Positions 1-9,720 of a stretch of DNA of 64,000 nucleotides are shown here, piece by piece. Source of the stretch: Auanema rhodensis (taxonomy: Eukaryota; Animalia; Nematoda); the NCBI GenBank assembly GCA_964057225.1, contig OZ059894.1, positions 13,330,001-13,394,000 of the forward strand, read 5' to 3'. Below the pieces are notes generated by a model. The model saw only the letters and a program-made list of their open reading frames with translations. It had not been told where the DNA came from and made no database searches. Within the stretch, counting starts at the first letter, position 1. Each line of letters starts with the position of its first letter. The translations under genes and the position numbers were made by a program.

Positions 1-2
1 AT

Positions 3-880
3 GCATCCAGTGCTGGATTTAGAACGCGTCAAGCGCTTGTAAAAAATGGCATATTGTGTGAGATGGCTGCTCCCGTCAGTATCGACCTATTTAATCAAGA
101 GCGACTGTTTGTAAACTATTCAAAAATGGAGCTAACTGCATATCCAAACCGTGATAACTTTTTAATTGACACTCTAGGCTGGAATAATAAAAACAAGGAT
201 ACTACATTAAGGAGGAGTTTCCAAATTTGAAAGTAGATATCAGCGATGTACATTTGCTCATTCAAGAGTTTGATCTAAACGCTGGATTAGCTATGGCTAT
301 AGAAGATAAACTCGCAAAGGATCGAATACACTACCCCATGACATCAGTGAAAATGCGCTCTTATTTCATAGAAGGAGGCCGCTTGGATTCACCTAATAAT
401 ATATTATTCACGTCTCACACACCAAAACGTGTTGTAGTAGGTCTTGTTGGCGCACACGCCTATAATGGTACTTTTAAACATTCGCCATTCAACTTTAAAC
501 CGTTTGATTTGAAAAATATATACTTGACGCTCAACAATAGGGTAATACCTACCCGTCCTTATAATTTAGAATGGCGATCTTCCTATGCCACAGCATATAT
601 TGACATGCTGGAAGGTTTGGGACTTGGTCGTACAGATTCATCCAATGGTATTACACCAGCAATGTATAAAGCTGGTTTCACATTTTTTGTATTTGATATT
701 AGTCCTACTGTGCATTCGTCAGAGTTATTTGATGTTATACGACAAGGTAATGTAGCCTTGAAATTGGAATTTAGTCAACAAACGCCGCAAGAGGGCTTAT
801 ATGCAATTGTTTATGCAGAGTATGACTCTATTCTTTCAATTGACAACAATCGTGCTCCATATATTGATACCAGTTTGTAA
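3..880 (+). pseudogene. Maverick major capsid protein (PY/MCP, double jelly roll), 5'-partial, one frameshift near 185-210
   Basis: Frame 3 from base 3 reads GFRTRQAL...SIDLFNQERLF...YPNRDNFLI and stops at 228-230. Frame 2 continues IKEEFPNLKVDI...PKRVVVGLV...AYNGTFKHSPFNF...FFVFDISP...GNVALKLEF...IVYAEYD. These are typical Polinton MCP motifs. Confidence 0.88.
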
Positions 881-1017
881 TGTATGTAATAAATTCTTTA
901 AAAGATTTAAGAATAAAATTTATCAATACAACTATTTTTAAAAATAAATACATGTACAATAATAAAATTTTATAAATACAAATATATACAAGATAAAAAT
1001 TTATAAATTCAAATATA

Positions 1018-4000
1018 TTATTCACAATAACCGTAGGGTAAAGTACTATAATCTTGTAGATAACAAAGTTTATCCATTACGACTTTAGTACTTTTTGTCA
1101 TATCCATTGTGGATATGGCACCGAGTTGCCTCTTTAACAAGGTTGTATTGGTTTTTAAAACCAATTTCTCTCCATCCATAACGAGTCCGCGAACCAGTCG
1201 CTCCATACTTTCAAAGTTTACCACTGATGCTGCCGTGTGGTCCAACGTCTGAAAATTATAAAATTATTTGAAAAGTCAAAGCTCGTACTTACCACTCCCT
1301 TTGCCTTTGTTACATACTTTACATCACCAGCTGCATTTACAAGTTTATAACTATAAACTTTTGCTGCTGGTGATACAAACTTGGTCATTGACCAACCATC
1401 GGGTATTTCAGAGGTTAGTTTACCTAACCATTCACCCTTCATATCCTCAATTGGATCTGGCTCATCCAGGCACCTTTGATAAATTAGTGAATCCGTGTCT
1501 AAATAATGTACGTTTAAATTGTATACAAAGTATGAAATTACCTGTATACACCAAGTTCTTTCCAATTTTCTCCATTGCCTTATACAATAGTAGCCTTGCA
1601 TGAGCGGTTGTATAGGCCGCAATAGCTACATTTGTAAAAGGCGGTGGTGCCAAATGTGAATCCTCTGGTACTGTTGTGCAGTACGCAACATTATCCACAA
1701 TTTTGAACCCAGTGAGTTCCCTTGCAGGATCAGTAATGATCCTACCAATTTCTTGGTCTTCAACACCAATAATCTTGGTTTGGGCTTTATCAGGTCTTTG
1801 ACTCTTGTTTAATTCTTATGTACTTTTGTACAAACTCTTTAAACAGGCCGCCTTGTTGCCATTCTTCCCAGTGCCACACCTCATGCACATGAAGCACTTT
1901 ATAGCCACGTTGTATGGCACACTCGAGCTCAACATGTGTCACAGTTAGATGCAGCTTTCTAGCATTTACATCATTCTGGTGCTCACATGTTACATTTTTA
2001 CTTTTTACTGCACAAGTGCGGCAGTTTGTAAAAATTAGTTTACCGCCAATACGTGTGCCTAACACAGGGTACAGCAAATTTGTGGGTGCAAGCACGTCAC
2101 ATTTTACTAGCCCCTTGTATGGGCAACATGTCTCAAAGCTTTTGAAACCCTCAGTAATAACTTTGGGATTACCTACAGGGTAATAGGCATCAAAAGCGGT
2201 GACATATGGATATAGTGAACAAAAGTCCACATACTCGAGCGAGTATCTATCCGAAGCTTGTGCCAAAAGCTTATATGTCTGGGTGCGGCCACCGGTAAAG
2301 GCATCTCTAGGTGCCAAGCGTGTAACAACATTTGTTTCACGCATAAATTTCGCCATTTCTTCATTGGCCGAAATTTGAGCATTAATTTCGTGCTCCCACA
2401 CTGTGGTAACACTAATGCCTTGGATTTGAATTTTTTGAAGCCTTTTCATGGTTTTATCATAAACCTAAATTTTTCAAATTAAAATGATTAAAAAAGTCAC
2501 AATTACCTCTTCCATTGTTTCACCATTTCTGCCTGGTGCTATAGCGCTCTTGTTGGTGCACTGGGGGCAACCATGGTAAATGCAACCATTAATCTACAAA
2601 AATTTGCGTTTTTTACATTTATTACAAATTACTCACCTCATAGCCATGATTGGCAACGGGGTCATAAGCATCGAGTAGATAGCGATGGCCATCTACTCTC
2701 ACTGCAAATTCGCCACCATTAAGCTTATGCATTAATGGGCGGCCCAATCCTTGTTCTAGCCATTTTATGTATTTTATGGCTATTATACTCTGCTTTTGAC
2801 CGGCATAATAACCAGTCTCGGGCAGAATACCCACTTGGTTCTCTTTAATATGATTCATTTTCAACTGTAATATACTAGTTTTGAAAATGCTTGTATTTTA
2901 AAAAAATTTGCCTGGAATAAAGAGAAACTGGCAAATGTCTTACATTGTATGACAGGGTTCCAGCCAGTGGTGGCGGTTGCCAACTTCATGTAAACTTTCA
3001 TACAGTTGGTTAAAATACGGACATCTGTCCTACAATATTCCAAAAGCTCTTCATCAAAATCAAACGCTCTTTGATTACGCTCTTCATACCAAATATTGAA
3101 TGAAGCTAGGTCTTCTGCTTTCATTCTAGCAGCACAATAGTACTGTTTTGGTGGTAAAGATGGCAACACTTTGCCATAATTTATTGGATGATTAAAGAGG
3201 TAAGGAAACTGTCCTTTACTCATATCAGGTACACCAAATGCCTTGGGTAACGCTGATAGGGGTAAAGGCACTAATAAATAACTATCTTTAAAATATAAAT
3301 GGTTAAATTTTTGACCTCTTAAAGGCTTGACAACCATGCTTATAATCTTGGTCCCATTTAAAATTGGATCAGGATATATACCACGGTTTATCAGCCTAGA
3401 CACCAAGAAATGTATGTCAAAGCGTGAACCATTATGCGTAATCAAAATTGCATTATCATTCTCAACAGAGTTGAGTAACCAATCAAGGAAACGATCTGTT
3501 ACAGACCATTCACTATCACCTTGTTGGTACCCAAAATGGCCCTCCTTGGTTGTGCATTTTTCGCATGAATTGGCGTCTATACAACTTTCACAAAATTTAT
3601 TATACACAACCATATTGGGCCATTGTTCATCTGCATATTCATGAACATTTGTACCGCTTTTTAACACAACCGTTTCAAAGTCATAGAATATAATCTTAAA
3701 CAAGTAAGCATTACACTTGTAAAGATGTTAAATACAAACCTTGTATTTTTCTTGCCTCTTTTTTAACTGATCCTTCTTCTTGTCGTTAGGTGGTACCCAA
3801 CAACAAGAGTGATCTTCAGGCTTTGTCTGACCACACTTTTTGCAAAATTTTTCATTGCAATTGTGCGGTCTATCAGCACGTACTCTGTGATAATGATCAC
3901 AGTTTTCACATGTCTGAATTTAGTCTTGTTAAATTTTATATATATTTTTTAAATTACCTTAAACATTCGACATGTTTTTCTAATATGCCTGTCAAAGCAT

Positions 4001-4912
4001 TGACGAGTTTTAAACAAAACTCTACAACTATCACATCTTATGCTACTTTCAACCACATTTTCCATCGAATTACATTTTAAGGTGTGGCATTTCTTACACT
4101 TGGCTTTACATCTATGCAACACTGTTTTGTAAGATAATTTACAGTGTTGGCATATAATACCATCAAAAAGCTGTGATCTACTACAAGTAGTAATACAGTC
4201 ATAATGATTATTTCGGTAGCCTAGTGTTACCACTTTGCTAGCCGTTTCATTAAAGATACGCTGAATAGCGTACATACGCTGTCCAGGTGGCCTAGCGTAT
4301 ACTACAAACTTATAGTCTGTATTACAACTTGCAATAATATTTAAATGGTTTAAATTATAATTTGGTAAATGTACAGAAATACCACACCTATTTAATAAAT
4401 TGATATGATGTGGTTGATTTGGCAACAAGATGTAGTTGCGACGAAGATTTTGTATCCTCCGCTTTTCAACAACATCTTCTGCTGCCTCTTCATCGGCTTC
4501 CCACATTCCCACGACTGCTGCTCTAGCCAGGCAATGTGTATCAGTGTTTTCAATTGTGCCAGGTATTTTGAGTTCGGCATCAAAATAGAAACCAACTCTA
4601 CCTTCACCAGGCATCAGGCTTGGCTGCACCGGTCTTTCATCAAACACATACATTTCAATGTTCATTGCCTGGCTAATTACAGCCTCTCGCTTTGATTGCT
4701 GTACCTTGCTGATGGCATTCATGATGGCAACGCCATCCAAATGCTCCCTTCTACGGAAATCCATAAATATGGATCACTTTTCAAAGGATGGGTGCTCTAT
4801 TGATAGACAAAATAGTGCTTTTTGTTTATCTGGCACACCACTTTCAGCAAGGCACCGATCAAGGAATTCGTTGAATAACCGCGGCATGATAACATGCATT
4901 GGTAAACACAAA
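1018..4912 (-). pseudogene. Protein-primed family B DNA polymerase (terminal-protein region, vOTU, Cys/His clusters, 3'-5' exonuclease, VSR-like insertion, polymerase); spliced and disabled
   Basis: Introns at 3914-3957, 3695-3739, 2865-2911 (GC-AG), 2594-2636, 2465-2506, 1499-1541 and 1249-1292 join the ORF fragments in frame. Motifs: ExoI IIFYDFET, ExoII THNGSRFD, ExoIII YCRTDV, PolA YVDFCSLYP, PolC YTDTDS, C-terminal TLPYGY. Lesions: in-frame TGA at 4774-4776 and loss of motif B at about 1800. The 5' end is unresolved. Confidence 0.92.
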
Positions 4913-5283
4913 CTATGAACAATGTAAACAAATAAAATTAAAACATAAATATATAAAATATATCTTATCGAATTAACCTTCGATATGAGTTCCATTGATT
5001 AACCCATAAGAGGTACGGTGAACATATTAATTAGCTTTTATATATATTCAAATTTTATAAATTAAAACAAAAACAATATATATTAAAAAGTTTATTCAAA
5101 TGTATAAATATTAAAAATACATTTAAAAAGAAAAAATTTTAAAAATATTTACAAATACAATTAACAAATATTTAATAATAAGAATTCATTTAAAAATACA
5201 TTGAAAACTATTTTTAAAAAAGCTTTTAAAAAAAAATCATGCATTTTGATCCATGCGCAGGCTCGAGAGCCTGCCTCGGGAGG

Positions 5284-5393
5284 AAAAGTATATTTTTGAC
5301 AGCTGACGCCGAAAATATGATTTTGACAGCTGACGCCCCCCAAAAGTATGTTTTTAGCAGCTGACGCCCTCAAAAGTATGTTTTTAGCAACTG
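5284..5393. repeat. Subterminal tandem array, about 3.7 copies of a 27-30 bp unit (AAAAGTATGTTTTTAGCAGCTGACGCCC) in the Maverick terminus
   Basis: Units start at about 5284, 5311, 5341 and 5371. CAGCTGACGCC is present in the first three. Confidence 0.9.
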
Positions 5394-5433
5394 TTTGGGG
5401 GCGTGGTTAGTAAATTCGGCATGGCTCTCTACT

Positions 5434-5999
5434 TACCCCACGACGTCAGTGAAAATGCGCTCTTATTTCATAGAAGGAGGCCGCTTGGATTCACCCAATA
5501 ACATATTATTCACGTCGCATACACCGAAACGTGTTGTAGTAGGTCTTGTCGGCGCACACGCCTATAATGGTACTTTTAAACATTCGCCATTCAACTTTAA
5601 ACCGTTTGAATTGAAAAATATATACTTGACGCTCAACAATAGGGTAATGCCTACCCGTCCTTATAATTTAGAATGGCGTTCTTCCTATGCCACAGCATAT
5701 ATTGACATGTTGGAGGGTTTGGGCCTTGGTCGTACAGATTCATCCAATGGTATTACACCAGCAATGTATAAAGCTGGGTTCACATTTTTTGTATTTGATA
5801 TTTCTCCTACTGTGCATTCGTCAGAGTTATTTGATGTTATACGACAAGGTAATGTAGCCTTGAAATTGGAATTTGGTCAATTTTTAAAAATACATTTAAA
5901 AAGAAATAATTTTAAAAATACATTTAAAAAGAAAATATTTTTTAAAAATATTATATTAAAAATATTTTTAAAAAATCATGCATTTTGATCCATGCGCAG
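5434..5999 (+). mobile_element. Second Maverick remnant: internal MCP fragment (5434-5880) fused to a partial terminal region (5881-5999)
   Basis: 5434-5880 aligns without gaps to 332-778 (18 differences in 447 nt by hand count). 5881-5999 repeats blocks of the 5110-5260 terminal region, including AAAAAATCATGCATTTTGATCCATGCGCAG. Confidence 0.88.
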
Positions 6000-6443
6000 T
6001 TAGTCTTTCCAAGAATGTATAAGACTGATTTTCTCATGAAAAATTGAAAAGAATCATATTTACTCTATAATTTTTTATACAACACATTCTCTTCAGATAA
6101 GTCAGAGAATAAGTTTGCAGTTCACACATTTTCGTGCAAGTTCTAGACTATAGCGAACACTTTTTTAAGTTAAAATTATTTGTTATGGCTCAGCCTGAAC
6201 CAATATGATTCTGTAGAAATAATAATGAACTGCTTGATTTTTTAACGGTGTTGTATGAACTACAAAACAGATGTGAATTATGAAGCAATTTTATCGGAAG
6301 TCAAAATCTATATAAAAGAAAAGGTATGATTACACATTACTTGCCATTTATAAGTGTTATATAAACATATGTAAATAACAATCAGCGATAAATAATATAT
6401 GATGTTGTGGCATGAACAAACTAGGAAGTTCTTCAATCAAACA

Positions 6444-9400
6444 TCACAATTCATTTCTATTATTGGGCAGTTCTAGAAGATCTGATGGATTCAAATTAGG
6501 TACTGCGATCGATTGTTCAGTATTAGAATTTAAGAACTGAAACACTCATTTTTAATCATATTATAAAACTTATATGGGTTACAAACGTTGGATGCAGACG
6601 ACTGGTTTGGATTGTCATAAAGATTCCAATCAATAGATGAAAAAAACGAATGTGCTCTCACAACATCCAGTTCAATGCGAGAAACTTCCGAACATAACAT
6701 CCTGAAGAGATACAAGATAAACTTTATGAAGTAATCGATATTCTATTACTGAGATAAAAGGTGCTGCCCTGCATGCGGAATAGAAATATCATTTGGAAGA
6801 AAATTGTCATGATACCTACAAATAAAAGTTGTTTATTGTGCAAAATGAAAAATTTACTGTAACAATAGATGAGGAACTGCGGATGCTAATGAACGTCCAG
6901 TTAACAATTCAAAAAGTATAGCACCTATAGTCCATATGTCACTTGCTTCGTTTGGTACCCATGATACAGAAAACGATTCTGCGGACAAAACCTTTTAATA
7001 TCTTCGCGACATTAATTCAAATTACCTGGAGCGGCATAACCCTCTTGTAACACACCTCGACAAGTACTATTACGCCATTTCCCATAATATGATATCACAA
7101 TGTTTCCATCGGCAGCAAGAAGAACATGGTCTGGACTAAATGTTCTGAAACGAACACAAAGGTTTTTCTACAACGAAAAAATAAGATACCCTATATATAT
7201 TTGATATTCTGTATGCATGACGTAAAACCAGCTAATTAATTGAGCCATCCAGTGAACTATTATACTTTCAGGAATAGAGCAGCAAGACGGCCAACTACGT
7301 CGTAGAAGTAAAAGATGTTTAACTTCAGATAGGCAATGAGACAGAGTAATACGCGAGTGGTCTGAATAAATATCACTTTCAAATTTAACCACACATTTTA
7401 ACCTTCATACCATTAGGAATACTTTTGGAAAAATTTGGAGTTGCAGGATCTTCCTCACCAACGTCAACAGATTCAATTGTTGAAACCACGTAAAAATCGC
7501 CTGCTTTACTGATTAGGAAAAGAAACAAAAAGATTGGGTTACCAGCATTACTTCCTTGAGCTGTACAATCTTCCCCCATACTACATAATAACTCGCAAGA
7601 CCCCGGATCTTCATTCTTCAAATACAAGATGACGAAAAAACAAACCTAGCATACCACATATGAATTTGAAGATACATTTACGTATCTATTGATGTCAGCA
7701 CATACAGAGAAAGTTAATTTTCGTCCTGCATATTTCTCTGCTTCTGGTAATTTTATTGGCTTCACATCTATATTTTTGTGAATCGCATTTTCTACATCAT
7801 TCAAGGAAACCTGCCACTCCAGTTCACGTTCATAAAAAAATCGAGCCTAAGTAATAATGCTTCGATTACGATATTTCTTTCAATACATACTAAGAAATTC
7901 CATAACAGACCATATTCTATATGTTCTAATAATAATATTATAAACACATCAGTTTCAAAAAAACGTTTAAGTTGTACCTAAACAATTGTACAAAAACAAA
8001 GGATAATTAAAATAATACCATATGAGGTACACCGGTAGGCAACAGTAGTTGTCCATCACTTTTATCTCGTTTCTCCATGAACTTAATTACACTCTTAACT
8101 CCTGCAGGAATACGTAAATTAACAGAAGAAGAGAAAATACCTGTCGCTGGATCCTCAACTAGAATAACTCGTTTAATAGAGCAAACGTCAGGTAAAACAC
8201 CAATAATATTGAAATTTTTTAAAGAATTGTTTGAACATTTAAAAGCTAAAATATTAGGATCCTCTTTTGATTGTAAAGCTCCAATTTTTGTCGGTAGGCC
8301 AAAAGACCCATCATATGATAAATGAAACCTATATAGTAAATTGTAATTTTTGAATTAAATTGTAATTTTTCAGCCTCACTTATAAATTTTTTCAGCTTTC
8401 ATCAAATATTTCGCCGTTTTTCTACGTATAACATTTTGTTTAGATATATCTTGTTCAAGCAGAGCAGCCTGTTTGATAATTAAAATACATAGTCAAGTAT
8501 AGAACAAACTTGAATTAAATAATGAGTGGCATTTTTATATGAATGAAAAGCTAGCTCGTACTCGCCTTCCAATTCAACCCTTTGTGCCGCCGCTACCATC
8601 TCCGCAGCTTTCAGCAAATGGTCCTGCGCAGTCATAACTACAGAACAGAAACATTTATTTTTGAATGGACAACGAGACAACTTTTTCCCGTTGAAGACTC
8701 AGTAATGCTAGGAAGGGATGTTGTTAAAATGGAATCCGATTTTGTAAGGTTTTCCGTACTTTCTGTTATTCCATCTAAAAACTATTTCATTACTATTATT
8801 ACTTTTATATTTAATGTGTTCACCAATAGCTACATTAGGAAAATTGAAATTAAGGAAAGACGCGCTGTCCGTATCCTCTTTGTTATTCGAAGAGTCGCTG
8901 AAATTAATGCATACCTCAAATGATACAAAAGATTGAGATAATATATTACTGTCTTCCGTTAAATTCATCTCGAGCACCTTTGTTGTCGTGTTCAATTGCT
9001 TGCTATGAGACATAAAAAGTAATAAATTAATAAATGATCATGAAACCTCGCAAAATTTTAAAAATACACAAGTTTTTCTCAAAACGTTGCTTTCACAGAC
9101 GAATGTTAGAAAAATATCGATGGCATTTTTTCGTTCTTTCACAACATCTGGATTTGTGGAGCCTATAAATTTTTTTGGTGGAAATGAAGGGAATATTCCA
9201 CGAAGAAAGAGCTGAAGATGATTTTGAATAGTACACTAAAGGTTGAAGCAAACTTGTTTATGTAATTTCAGCAAATTGAAGTGCAATTTATTTAACTCTT
9301 TGTATCGAGTTACTAAGGAGAATCTCCGTACATCATTGGTGAGATCTGGCGGGGTAAACTGTAATATCTTTTTATTTCATATTCCAGATATTAAAAGTGC

Positions 9401-9559
9401 CTGGATTTCCACAACATAGTCAACCCTGGTACCGGTGACGTGCTTCCTTTCTTCAATGTGCACAACTTTTACAGAGGCAGGCCACTCTAACTTCGGCCGG
9501 ATAAGTAGGCGAGAACAGTCCGATGTACAAAAACTTTCATCCGGATAAAAAGTCGACAT
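6444..9559 (-). CDS. rskd-1: RPS6KC1-like protein (PX + MIT + split pseudokinase domain), multi-exon
   Basis: PX-like N-terminus (VDYVVEIQ...FPSFPPKKFIG), MIT helix DHLLKAAEMVAAAQRVELEGEYELAFHSYKNA, and kinase-like C-terminus (YAAP...SDIWTIGAILFELLTG...HSFFSSIDW). The 3' end is approximate. Confidence 0.82.
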
Positions 9560-9720
9560 TTAGCATCCTTAAACTATTTATGCCAATATTGTAACAATTC
9601 AAGATAACGTTGCCCAGTGATAAACTGGTAATTCATTTTTATGATTTTTAATAAATAATTTAAGCAACAACAAAATTCTAATCCAATTCTTTAAACGCAT
9701 ACAAAATATGAGAAGAATTC

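Larger units (their letters stand above)
1..5433. mobile_element. Maverick/Polinton element, right-hand part (left end outside window); defective copy
   Basis: Contains a double-jelly-roll capsid ORF (+) and a convergent pPolB (-). It ends in an AT-rich region plus subterminal tandem repeats and ...CTCTCTACT at 5433 (5'-AGTAGAGAG on the minus strand), fitting the 5'-AG...CT-3' Maverick termini. Confidence 0.93.

Noticed and set aside
4774-4776. In-frame TGA in pPolB as programmed readthrough or selenocysteine
   Set aside because: The same copy has a motif-B deletion and an MCP frameshift, so decay is the simpler explanation; no recoding signal was seen.
1268-4918. Plus-strand ORFs overlapping pPolB (1268, 1914, 2258, 3327, 3790, 4405, 4658)
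   Set aside because: Antisense shadows of the polymerase exons with no recognisable motifs.
4913-4977. Possible eighth pPolB intron (GT...AG, 65 nt)
   Set aside because: Splice signals are present, but the upstream frame has no ATG before a stop; the 5' end is left unresolved.
5284-5393. About 30-bp direct repeats as a CRISPR array
   Set aside because: No unique spacers, no cas genes and a eukaryotic context; these are subterminal transposon repeats.
5395-5988. 197-aa ORF as an intact second capsid gene
   Set aside because: Chimeric: both ends are translated terminal-repeat DNA around an internal MCP fragment.
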